Below are positions 51,519 to 63,744 of a stretch of DNA of 64,000 nt, one piece after another. Origin of the DNA: Heptranchias perlo. Lineage: Eukaryota. Position numbers and translations under genes: made by a program. The stretch covers positions 58,776,001 through 58,840,000 of the forward strand of contig NC_090330.1 of NCBI RefSeq assembly GCF_035084215.1. The letters run 5' to 3'. The first letter of the stretch is position 1. Each line of letters starts with the position of its first letter. A model generated the notes under the pieces. The model was not told the origin of the DNA, ran no database searches, and worked only from the letters and a program-made list of their open reading frames with translations.

Positions 51519-52574
51519 CAAAGGAAGATGATAGTGGTTGTTGGTGGCCAATCATCTCAGCCCCAGGGCATTGCTGCAGGAGTTCCTCAAGGTAGTCTCC
51601 TAGGCTCAACCATCTTCAGCTGCTTCATCAATGACCTTCCCTCCATCATAAGGTCAGAAATGGGGATGTTCGCTGATGATTGCACTGTGTTCAGTTCCAT
51701 TCGCAACCCATCAGAAAATGAAGCAGTCCGAGCCCGCATGCAGCAAGACCTGGACAACATCCAGGCTTGGGCTGATAAGTGGCAAGTAACATTCATGCCA
51801 GAAAAGTGCCAGGCAATGACCATCTCCAACAAGAGAGAGTCTAACCACCTCCCCTTGACATTCAACGGCATTACCATCGCCGAATCCCCCACCATCAACA
51901 TCCTGGGGGTCACCATTGACCAGAAACTTAACTGGACCAGCCATATAAATACTGGTGGCTACAAGAGCAGGCCAGAGGCTGGGTATTCTGCGGCGAGTGA
52001 CTCACCTCCTGATTCCCCAAAGCCTTTCCACCATCTACAAGGCACAAGTCAGGAGTGTGATGGAATACTCTCCACTTGCCTGGATGAGTGCAGCTCCAAC
52101 AACACTCAAGAAGTTCGACACCATCAAGGACAAAGCAGCCCGCTTGATTGGCACCCCATCCACCACCCTAAACATTCACTCCCTTCACCACCGGCGCACA
52201 GTGGCTGCAGTGTGTACCATCCACAGGATGCACTGCAGCAACTCGCCAAGGCTTCTTCGACAGCACCTCCCAAACCCGCCACCACTACCACCTAGAAGGA
52301 CAAGAGAAGCAGGTACATGGGAACAACACCACCTGCACGTTCCCCTCCAAGTCACACACCATCCCGACTTCGAAATTTATCGCCGTTCCTTCATCGTCGC
52401 TGGGTCAAAATCCTGGAACTCCCTTCCTAACAGTACTGTGGGAGAACCTTCACCACACGGACTGCAGCAGTTCAAGAAGGCGACTCACAACCATCTTCTC
52501 AAGGGCAATTAGGGATGGGCAATAAATGCCGGCCTCGCCAGCGACGCCCACATCCCATGAACCAATAAAAAAAA
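51519..52574 (+). mobile_element. Second copy of the same LINE, head-to-head with 50537-51509
   Basis: AGVPQGSLLG, MFADDC, YKAQVRSVMEY; same 3' UTR and A tail. Confidence 0.9.
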
Positions 52575-53294
52575 TTTAGGGCTGTGCCCATACTGCCCAA
52601 TATCTAACAATACGGTAGAGCAACCAGCTGTGTAACAATAGTATTGCCTTGAGATCTGAACTGGATATTCATGTCTTTCACATGTGCTCCCACTTGTGCA
52701 TTTCTTTTGAAGATGTACCAAGAAAACACTTGGTAAGACAAGGCCAGATATGAATCATTAAGCTGCTTTACTTCATTGACTTACTTAGTTCAATCTGTCT
52801 CCACATAAACAAAATAGCTGATAACTATCCTTCTGTATTTTCTTTCGGATCCTGATGAAAGCTTGCCTTCCCAGCTCTTTTTTTTAATACACCTGGGACT
52901 AGGGACCTCAACACAATGGGTGTGAGGTGTTGAGACAGGCTGACAAATTGCTTATAGTCTTTGGGGAAACAACTTCGAAGCCTAGCTCATTAGTATTTTA
53001 ATCATCTTTTTAAAAACTTGACTGGTTATACTGTGTTTAAAACATACCCCTTAAATGTAACTTTTTTTTCCCCCCCCAATTTCTTTCTGTGAAAAAATAC
53101 TCAAAAATCCCAAAACATAACAAAGGTATTAAAGTGAAAAACTATGCAGCGTGAACCAGAACTTAAAGATGTTATTGAGAAGCTGACGTGAAAGGCCAAT
53201 GTCCATTCAAGGTGCCTCTTTGGTTGAAGATAGTAGGAGAGAAAAACAGATAATTCAAGAAGTAATCGATATTTTGCACTAAGCTTTGGTTTTA

Positions 53295-53706
53295 ACAACA
53301 ACGACAACTTGCATTTATATAGCGCCTTTAACATGGTAAAACCTCCCAAGGCCCTTCACAGGAGCAATTTTCAAACAAAATTTGACATTGAGCCACATAA
53401 GGAGATAGTAGGATAGGTGACCAAAAGCTTGGTCAAAGAGGTAGGTTTTAAGGAGCGTCTTAAAGGAGGAGAGAGGTAGAGAGGCAGAGAGGTGTAGGGA
53501 GGGAATTCCAGAGCTTAGGGCCTAGGCAGCTGAAGGCACGGCTGCCAATGGTGGAGCGATTAAAGTCGGGGATGCTCAAGAGGTAAGAATTGGAGGAGCA
53601 CAGAGACTCCAGAGGGTTGTAAGTCTGGAAGAGATTTCAGAGTTAGGGAGAGGCAAGGCCACAGGGGGATTTGAAAACAAGGATGAAAATTTTAAAATCG
53701 AGGCAT
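53295..53706 (-). mobile_element. L2 LINE 3' fragment
   Basis: Homologous to 30315-30800 and 37164-37852. Confidence 0.85.
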
Positions 53707-54254
53707 TTAAAAAGCCTATAGTTTCAAGGAGGAATGCAAGACAGCTGGAGATAAGCCAATGTGTCTGAACATATAATTAAACTTTTTTTTTAATGTCTTT
53801 ACACTGGAGTGAAGCATCACTAAAATAAAAGATTGTATATATGATGAAGAGTCCTAGATTATGTAGTCTATTGTAGCAGATCTCCTGGCGTGTTGCTCAC
53901 AGGCAGTCCAGGGATCTGGAGTATGATAATGATGTTTAGCTGCTAACCTGGCCTGTCTCTTTAAGGCTACAGCTGTTAATAGGCAAATGTAGGTACTTAT
54001 AAATTGTTAATGTCAATCTGAGGACCATTGTAACTGCATGTAAATTTCAGGCTCCAGGCCAATGACATTCTCTTTTTTTTTTAAAGATTGTTTCACAACT
54101 GTAATGAAATGTGACACATTGAAGTGTGGTGTCTGGTGTGTGACATTTGGAGTGTGATGGATACATGTTAGATGCTAGACTTTTTTATGCATCAAAGCTC
54201 AGTAGATATGTAGACTATGACTGTTACTTGACAACATTTGTTTTTCATTTTCAG

Positions 54255-54410
54255 ATTCTCTAGATGAATACTTCCCAGGTACTCCATTCTGGCTATTAGA
54301 ACAAAGTGGATATCTGTATGAACAGGGATCTTATGGAGAGCATGAATTGTATCACAAAAGGCATGAGCATTTCCCATTAAGTACAGAAGAAATTGATGCA
54401 ACTGAAGAAG
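54255..54410 (+). CDS. AMOTL1: AMOTL1 internal coding exon (equivalent of human exon 2)
   Basis: Acceptor ttttcattttcag|AT and donor GAAG|gtacct; 156 nt, phase 1-1, open frame (D)SLDEYFPGTPFWLLEQSGYLYEQGSYGEHELYHKRHEHFPLSTEEIDATEE(G). Resembles recalled human AMOTL1 YSPSSPVQVLEDSTY...LYSGRHETSALTVE and splices in frame to the 55483 exon. Confidence 0.85.
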
Positions 54411-54804
54411 GTACCTTTCTTTTTAACTTTTCACTGATGGCGAGAGTTGAACTAAAATTATGTGTTCTGGTTGCTATCAGCGGGGATCGGGAAGAAATAT
54501 TTTTATCCATGAGTGATTCAAAATGTGCACCTGAAACTGAAAGCCCAAACTAAATCACTTCTAACCTGCAAGTGCTGCGATTCTTTTCTTAAACTTCTAC
54601 ATTTAATTACTGCAAAGTGAGAGAATAGACATTTTTATCCTCTGAATTGTATGAATTTCTCATAGTCATACTGAAATATTTATCAGAGAACTCCATAAGT
54701 TGTCTTGTGAACTGGAAATAAATTTTTCCAATGTGTTACAGAGTAACAGAGCCATAAATTCCAAAGAAAAAAATGCATACATTTGCTCTAGCCAACTAAA
54801 GAAA

Positions 54805-55218
54805 GAGCTTGTATTTATATGGCTCCTTTCACGACCAAAGCACTTCACAGCCAATGAAGTACTTTTGAAGTGTAGTTACTCTTGTAATGTAGGAAAACAC
54901 AGTGGCAAATTTGAGCACAATGACATCCCATAAACACCAATGAAATAAATTACCAGTTAATCTGTTGTTTTAGTAGGTTAGTTAAGGGATAAATGTTGGA
55001 CCGGACACCACCTCTTCTCATGTCATCTTTGGAGATATGGGCAGACTGAGTCTTGGTTTAATGTTTCATCTGAAAGGCAGCACCTCTGATAGTGCAGTGC
55101 TGAGAGTGCTGCACTGAAGTATCAGCCTAGGTTATGTGCTCAAATCTCAGAATGGGGCTTGAACCCATACCCTTCTGACTCAGCAGGTGAGATTGCTACC
55201 ACTGAGCCAAGGCTGACT
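54805..55218 (-). mobile_element. DeuSINE (SacSINE1-like, tRNA-derived head)
   Basis: Deu-domain-like tttaatgtttcatctgaaaggcagcacctc and gggataaatgttggaccggacacc; A/B boxes at the right end. Family name from recall. Confidence 0.7.
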
Positions 55219-55482
55219 CTTTGCAAATTTGTACAATTGATCATACTATAATGTGGTATGATTTTGTAATGCTATATTTTAAATCAGTTATCAGGTACAA
55301 GGCATGTAAAGTAAAATGTTATAAAGATTTTAATATACTGCTATATCTAGCTGTTAAACAATAATCCTGTTCTATGCATGTACATATCGAAGTCCATGTC
55401 AATAAATTTTGCATTTAAATAATGCTAATTATGCACTTTATAAGTTAAACAATATATAAATCTTAGAAAACTTGTTTTCTAG

Positions 55483-56410
55483 GTGAAGAGCTACTTTTCA
55501 GCCATCCTTCTCAGAACCTCATCAGGACTCCAAAATTTGAAATGAGAGGTTCAGAGGAAGTAGCAACAGGAACAGTTTTGCAGCGCTTAATTCAGGAGCA
55601 TTTGAGGTATGGGAATCCAAATGAGAACATGAACTTGCTGGCGATACAGCAGCAAGCCACAGGGAGCACAGGGCCATCCAACAGCACCGGGAGCGCACAC
55701 TCTTCCACAGAGAACCTCACACAGGAAGATCCGCAAATGGTCCATCAGTCAGCACGCCAAGAACCTCAAGGGCAAGAGCACCAGGTGGACAACAGTGTGA
55801 TGGAGAAGCAGGCACGGGTCACTCTAGCACAGCAGAATATTGAAGAACTACCAACCTATGAGGAAGCCAAAGCACAGTCTCAGTTCTTCAGAGGGCAGCA
55901 ACAAGCAACTGTTGGCCCTGGTTTGTATGTTACAGGGGTCACCAATCAGAAAACAAGAACAGAGGGGAGACCTACTGTTAACCGAGTAAGCTCTGGGCAG
56001 GTGCACAAAGACGAAGCACTTAAAGAACTTAAACAAGGCCACGTTCGTTCGCTTAGTGAGCGGCTAATGCAACTTTCTCTGGAAAGAAATGGTGTAAAGT
56101 CACATCCTCCTGCCTCAAATAACAATTTTCCTTCCCAACAAACCAACAAAGCCTTCAAGAGTGGGGGACAACCATCTGCTCAAGCCCCTACAAAAGAAGT
56201 AGACCCAAGAGGTCCTCCCCCAGAGTATCCTTTTAAAATCAAACAAATGTTGCCAACAGTTAACCAGCCTCACGACCTTGGGCATTTTTACAATGATCCA
56301 CATTCTGCAGTTCTTCAGGAATTGCCTAAACCATATCCTGCAACTCTGGCAATTAGACAGGAAGCAACCATCCTAAGATATCAGTCACCACCAGAATATG
56401 GATCTGCCAG
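55483..56410 (+). CDS. AMOTL1: AMOTL1 large N-terminal exon (PY motifs, LATS site)
   Basis: Acceptor cttgttttctag|GT and donor GCCAG|gtaaaa. Encodes EELLFSHPSQNLIRTPKFE-MRGSEEVATGTVLQRLIQEHLRYGNPNENMNLLAIQQQATG, LPTYEEAKAQSQFFRG, HVRSLSER, PPPEYPFK and PPEYG, matching AMOTL1 (MRGSE, ENMNLLAIQ) better than AMOT or AMOTL2. Internal ATG at 55542. Confidence 0.97.
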
Positions 56411-58641
56411 GTAAAAATAAATCCCATTTTTTTTCCAAAAATATATGCTAATTGGAAGAAATAGTTAAATAATAATAAATTAGATATTCTGCTTTGTGTA
56501 TAAATTAATGTACTCTGAGGTTATTTTATTATTTTATCACTAGGATTTCAGAAATGCATAATGGTGGGTGTGTGAAATTTTGATACAGATCTTGCCAACC
56601 GGGACCACATATCAGAAATTCAGTGGTATGCTCCTCACAATTTTCCATCCATTAAATTACCAGTGCACATTTATAGATTTTGCCCTTTCAAATTTGGGTT
56701 ATGTCTGAAGAGAACATTTTGAATTACATATCAGATTCACTGATCCCACATTCCCAGTGGAGACGGTGCTCGAAAACAGTATAGGTCAGAGATAGGACTG
56801 CAACGCTGCAGTGTCGATTCGTCAATCTTGGCTCCCTGCTGGGATCATGCGATTGTTGAATTTACTCTTGTATAACACTGGAGTGAAGTACAAGTGGTTG
56901 CAGAGCTGTCACTGATGATGATAATGATGGGAACAATTTGGAATGATGAATTAAGAATATTACACAAGAAGAGCATTGGTTTAAATATGATTTGTTTTCT
57001 CTTTAAGCTCAATAATAACACTGATTTTGTGTACAAAGCAAAAGCAAATGATTTTGAATTAATATTGAAGATCATTAATGTCTGCTTTCTCATTCATTGT
57101 TACTGTTTAATTATTTAGAGTGCTCAGTATCAGATAGCAACTGTACAGAATCTATATAAGAAATCATGGAATGAGAAATGGCTTTTCAGCTCACCAGGCC
57201 CACCCTTTGACCAACTATGTCCAATCCACCCTTCCATGCATGCTAACCCACTCACATTCAGAACATTCATCAATCCTTACATCTTCACTATTCAACCCTG
57301 ACTTGGTGTCTTCCAGACAATATTGCTCTCTACGTTATAGCAGAGAAATCCTTGTATTTCAAGGGGAATGGATAATTTCAGCCTATATCAATTTCTACAA
57401 CCATTCCCATTCTCAGCCACCTATTTATCCAATTCTTCGGTAAAGGAATTATTAATCAACTCAGCCTTGTCACTAGCCTTGCTTAAGTCAAGTTAATTCT
57501 GTGCTCACAAATAGACTGCTTGTATCGACATAATTTATGTCTCTCAGCATAATATAACTGCAGCAGAACTAGAGCCCTGGAATGCATATGGCTACAGTGA
57601 TATCACAATAATATGCATGTCTGTTCAAATAATCATGCATGGAGCTTACAGAACAAAATTCACCCCCAAAAAAGTGGTGTCAGAAACTATAAATCAAGTA
57701 ACTGCACTATTTTGAAAATAAGTTAAGTACTGACATAAAAACAGCATGGAATCCATGCTCAAAGTCAGCTTATAAAGATGAAATTAAGGTCTGTAGTATT
57801 TCTATTTATTATTGAGATACCAGTGAACATAAGCCCACAATGTATAAAAAACAAATCCCTGTTTTAGGCACTAAATTTGTAATTCTTGCTATGGAAGGTT
57901 CCAGAATATAGAGTGAACAGAACTATAGTAGGGGGTCAGAACGTTCTTCTGATGCTGGGGTTGATATGTAACAAACTAAAAATCCTGGCATTTAGCCATG
58001 CTTGACTGGTCTGGACATTCTAAACACTGTCATAAAGAAATGGAAAATGTTCCGTTCTCCAGCCGTCGTTCCTTAGCACGATAAGTACAGACAATCAGAG
58101 TGTTTTATTACTTCTGTGGCAACGTTCGATCCATGATCCTGATAGCTCTCCACCCTCTACAGGAAAATAAAAATTCTTACCCTGAATTAAATTGCTTTTT
58201 AGTGTTTTAAAAAAAAACCTCCCAGTAAAGGGAACAGGTTACATTTGAATTGTAAGTAATCTATCTAAATATTATCACCTAAAGGAAGAGCAATGTACAC
58301 TGAATAGGGCAAGGAGATCTGAGAAAGTGGAGGAAGAGGAGAAATAGAGATTAATTGATCCTTAATTGGAAGGAATTCTTAGTTCAGGGGAGCAACTTGT
58401 GAAATCAAAAACAAACTAACGAGAAACGTAACGACACAAAGAACCCATAAGAGGACATTTATATCTACAAATATTGTTCTGCGTTCTCTCCTTTGCATGA
58501 TATTGAGACAAAAAAAGATAAAAATTAAATAAAAACGAAACTAAACCTAAATTAGCAAAAAATAAATTCATGAAGATACCAAAATGAACTTCATGGAAAG
58601 GATGATAAATATATGGAATCATTTGCCAGCAGTGACACCAG

Positions 58642-59385
58642 GGGGGTGATTTTAGGAGGCAAATGCGGGGGTGGGGGGGGCTCTGAAAATTGCGGAAATC
58701 CCGTTCGGGTTCAGAAGCCGGCTCCAACCCGCTAGCTCCTGAGTTTCTCAGGGACCCAGCTGTGTGCGTGGGCGACCCGAAAACGGAAGTCCCGCCGGCG
58801 GGATGACTGTTAAAGAGCCAAATGTACCTCATTGAGGTACTTAAGGCACTTTACCTGTGACAGATGAAGGGATTAGAAAGATTTTTAACTTACCCGGGCG
58901 GCTTGCCCACCGTTTCTGATTCATGCCTGGTCAGGGAAAAAGAAACTAAATAAATTTAATAAAAAACCATGGAAGGAAGAGAAAACACTAAATGCGCCTA
59001 CCTTTGCAACCTGCTCCGATGTCCAATGTCTCCCGCTTCGATGTCCCCCTCTTCACCCTCCCGATGTCCCCCCGATCTCCCCCCCCCCCCCCCCCAATCT
59101 TCCAATCCAGCAGCAGATCTTCCATTCTCCGCCCCCCCCGATCTTCCGTTCCAGCGCCGGATGACGTCTGGCTCTCTTTCTTACTCACTCTCAGCATTGC
59201 AGCTCCTGATGGCAGCCAGCCTGTCAATCAGGCTAGCTGCTGGGAGCGAAACCCGGAGAGGTCATTAACCACTATCAATCAACGTGTGATCGTGTCGGAA
59301 ACGGTAAGTTTGGTTCATGCAGTTTGCCATGCATCCAATCGCCCCCCCCCCGCTGCTATCCTGTCTCCCCGCTAATATCGGGGCC
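58642..59385 (+). mobile_element. Non-autonomous Harbinger-type element
   Basis: TIRs GGGGGTGATTTT and AATATCGGGGCC; TSD CAG on both sides; collinear with 44974-45935. Confidence 0.88.
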
Positions 59386-60183
59386 CAGATATTAGGGGTA
59401 TTTAAAATGCAATTAAATACTCAGCTGAAAGAGCTGAAATTCTAATTGGAGGATCGACTTGTCTTTTCTCATCTTGGCTTTTCTTATGTTCTAAGTGTAT
59501 TTCAGCAATATTTACAAATACCAGAGATTTCAAGAACTGCATTGTGATGGCTTGCAGGGTGCTGCCAACACACTTGCTATAGCACGAGCTCTACAGTGGC
59601 CAGTGTAATAGCTGTAAAATAATTTTTACACCAGTCTGTTCCAGCAATTGAGCCTGCCTTGAGGACTTCCGAAAAAAGAGATTAAAAAATCTTGGAATTG
59701 GAATGTTTGTAAAGAATACTTAATTTTTTTTATATACTAACGGTCTTGTTATATTACAGGAAACATTTGAGACCAACACCTGTTAAGGTGATGCAGAGCC
59801 AATAGACATGAGCTATAATGCTGGCTCTATGTCCTGCTCTGTCCAGGGAAAATAGAATTCTGTGCATCTGTGTTTGCATCTGAATGTCGGTTAAATTTCA
59901 ACATTAGGAGAGAGCTGACTGTCTCATCACACTACACAGATTGCATTGACACAAAATTGAAACTGCAGTGCATTGATGCATGAACCCTGAAATTGAGAGA
60001 TTCTGCGTCTGGCACAAAGTCTCACTCAACAGGAGGGAACTGGGCATGGAGGACGGCGTGACTGATTCGTGGACTCTCTCTTTGAGGTCATTGTGGATTG
60101 AAATTGAGAGTGATGTGAATTGAGCAATTCTGTCAAGTGAGATTTGATGCCAGAATGGACTCTCAATTTTGGTGCTATACTAT

Positions 60184-60415
60184 ACAACAACAACTTACAT
60201 TTACATATTGGTTATAAATATGTAACGTGTATATATGTAAAACGTACCAAAGTGCTTCACAGGAGTATTATTGGACAAAATTTGACACTGAGCCACATAA
60301 GGAGATATTAGGATAGGTGACCAAAAGCTTGGTCAAAGAGGTAAGTTTTAACGAGTGTCTTAAAGGAGGAGAGAGGTTTAGGGAGGGAATTCCAGAGCTT
60401 AGGGCCTAGACAGCT
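60184..60415 (-). mobile_element. L2 LINE 3' end
   Basis: acaacaacaactta tail; homologous to the other L2 ends. Confidence 0.8.
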
Positions 60416-60555
60416 ATGTAGTTATACTATGTAAAATAACTCCATAATTCCTGAGACTTCAACTTTTTAAAAATCATAGCTACAATTATGAAGCATTCAT
60501 CATGTGTGCTGCTGTCGACCATTGCATTGATTTTATTTTTGCTGTGATTTTCCAG

Positions 60556-60823
60556 GCAATGCCAGACATTTTTTCAACCACTGCCATTACAGCACCACAG
60601 CCCAATGTCTTCCCAGAGCTCCTTAGAAAAAAATCAGTTCCAACTGATGCAGCCTGGTCTTCCCCAGCCCCAGCCAGCCACTGTGTCAAACCAGCTGCTT
60701 TCAGTTGATGCAGTTGCAATCGTGGCACGAGCACAGCAGATGGTGGAGATATTATCAGAAGAAAACCGTGCCCTTCGCCGGGAGCTGGAGGGTTTCTATG
60801 AAAAAACTGCAAAACTACAAAAG
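60556..60823 (+). CDS. AMOTL1: AMOTL1 exon, start of the angiomotin coiled-coil region
   Basis: Acceptor gattttccag|G (phase 2, completes the AG|G Arg codon) and donor AAG|gtactg. Encodes [22 protein letters not shown]...[39 protein letters not shown]. The gene continues beyond the window. Confidence 0.95.
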
Positions 60824-62204
60824 GTACTGTGGTTCTTTTATTCTTTCAAATTGAAGGCAAGCCAAGTTCTAAAGGTAGTTCGTTGTTGAGGTGTTTGTAG
60901 CAGTTGTTGGCCATATGGCTGTTTATACTATTATATAACCAGTGGTTTTCTAATATTAATAACATCGGCTCCTTTAAACTGAAGGAACAGAAAATATAAT
61001 CAATATAAATAAAAATTGCATTATTAACAAAAAGACAATAAAATTAAGAATTGTATACATGTGTATATTATAATTTCAGCAAATTATTTTCATTTTTTTC
61101 TGCACAAAATATGTTGTAAGAATGAACACTATAGTGCCAAAATTGTGCGATTGCAGTCCTGATGCGGAATCTTGTTGGACAGGAGTGAAGATTGGAAAAT
61201 CAGGTGCGAAGGTCAGCTTGCCTGACTCACAGCACTCTCAATTTTTCAGCCGCAACAGCTGATGACTGTATCCTACTACCTAAACTAGCGTTCCTTCAAG
61301 GTGCTATCCAAATGAGAGAAGGGAATGAGATGACTGGCTGCTGAGTGTTTCTTGGAGTAGAGGTGGCTCTTTATCTCCTTCTGGATCACAAAGATTATCT
61401 TGCAACTGCATGTCTGGTACAGTGGTGGCTGCCTGGGTTTGCTCTCTAGCTCTGCGTGGATCATTTGCATGGGGCAGTTGGGTAGAATGGATATTGAGTC
61501 CCCTGAGAGAGAACTTCCTCAACGGTGCCTATGTTTGCTGCTGGGCACTCCCTCAGCATGCCCCATAACATGGAGTACTGTCCAGTCGATTTTTGAATCC
61601 AATCCGATATGCTGAATCCATACAAAGCAGACTCATGGACATTGGTGTCTAGCCCAAGATCTCTATGGCATCAATTAGTAGGTTCCCAAGTGAACTCACA
61701 GTTTCACTTAGGGCTTCTGCTAAGGGGCGATTCCGTTGCCAGTGCCCCTGGTGGTGCTATATACTCCAGGATGCCCATAGTTCTGCGAAGTGGTCAAAAT
61801 CTACTTCATGGATAAGCTACTGAAGTCCTCCATGCTTACCGTCACACCTCTCAAATGACTCTTTTGTAGGCAGACTCTGGATTGCAGCATTCCTGGAACT
61901 CTACTGCTGACGTGGCCTCAAGCTGGGCCTCCATCCAATTGCTTCGCACTGTTATGCTGCCACCTGCACCTGCACGTCACTTGTGCTGTGCACTTTACCT
62001 GGTGCTCCCACTTTGAAGTCTGAATTACAACGCAGGTGTTTGCGACAGTTGGAATGAATATTGTTGTGTGTTGTGAGGTGGTACGTTCCGCATCCTCCAG
62101 GCTTGCAACTTGCCCCTCAGGGACATCTAAGGAAGCACAAAAAGGAACAAGTATTACAATGATATCAGCAACACACTCTTTGAAATTAAATGTGATTCCC
62201 AGTA

Positions 62205-63511
62205 CATAAGGACATAAGAAATAGGAGCAGGAGTAGGCCATACGGCCCCTCGAGCCTGCTCCGCCATTCAGATCATGGCTGATCTTCGACCTCAACTCCA
62301 CTTTCCCACCCGATCCCCATATCCCTTGATTCCCCTAGAGTCCAAAAATCTATCCATCTCAGCCTTGAATATATTCAACGACTCAGCATCCACATCCCTC
62401 TGGTGTAGAGAATTCCAAAGATTCACTACCCTCTGCATGAAGAAATTCCTCCTCTTCTAAGTCTTGAATGGCTGACCCCTTAACCTGCGACTATGCCCTC
62501 TAGTTCTAGACTTATTAGCCAGGGGAAACAATTTCTCAGCATCTACCCTGTCAAGGCCCCTCATAATCTTATATGTTTCAATGAGATCACCACTCATTCT
62601 TCTAAACTCCAGAGAATATAGGCCGGTTCTACTCAACCTCTCTTCAAAGGACAACCCTCTCATCCCAGGAATTAATCTAGTGAACCTTTGTTACACCGCC
62701 TCTACCCCCTTGCAATAAAGGCCAACATGCCATTTGCTTTCCTAATTGCCTGCTGTACCTGCGTACTAACTTTTTGTGTTCTTGTACGAGGACACCCAAG
62801 TCTCTCTGAACACCAACATTTAATAGTTTCTCACCATTAAAAAAATATTCTGTTTTTCTATTCTTCCAACCAAAGTGAATAACCTCACATTTCCCTACAT
62901 TATACTTCATCTGCCACCTTCTTGCCCATGCACTTATTCTGTCTATATCCCTTTGCAGACTCTTTGTGTCCTCCTCACGGCTTACTTTCCCACCTAGCTT
63001 TGTATCGTCAGCAAACTTGGATACATTACACTCGGTCCCTTCATCTAAGTCATTAATATAGATTGTAAATAGCTGAGGCCCAAACACTGATCCTTGCGGC
63101 ACTCCACTAGTTACAGCCTGCCAACCTGAGAATGACCTGTTTAACCCTACTCTCTGTTTTCCGTCCTTTAACCAATTCTCTATCCATGCTAATATATTAC
63201 CCCCAACCCCATGAGCCCTTACCTTGTGTAACAACCTTTTATGTGGCTCCTTATGGAATGCCTTTTGAAAATCCAAATATACTACATCCATTGGTTCCCC
63301 TCTATCTATCTTGCTCGTTACATTCTCAAAAAACCCTAATAAATTTGTTAAATACGATTTCCCTTTCATGAAACCATGTTGACTCTGCCTAATCATATTA
63401 TGATTTTCTAAGTGCCCTGTTACCACTTCCTTAATAATGGATTCCAGCATTTTCCCGACGACTGAAGTCAGGCTAACTGGCCTGTAGTTCCCTGTTTTCT
63501 CTCTCCCTCCC
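62205..63511 (-). mobile_element. 5'-truncated CR1 LINE with an internal deletion near 62700
   Basis: Minus ORF 62677-63450 QSQHGFMKGKS...GVPQGSV...KFADDTK; cataaggacataag tail. Confidence 0.92.
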
Positions 63512-63744
63512 TTTGTGATGTTATGGTGCCTGCTAAGTTTGTGTTTGACAGAATGCCTGACCTATCAAAGATTAGTGGGAGGAAGAAGCAGCAGCAATGG
63601 TGGATACTAACCTGGAGATGCGAGATGCCCTCCAGCATGACCCTCATATTTCCAATCATTAACACTGTAACAGTGCTGGACGCTAGGAATGCCAGTGTGT
63701 TGCTGCGTACAGCGTTGCTATGAGCAGGCAGAGGGGGATTTAAA

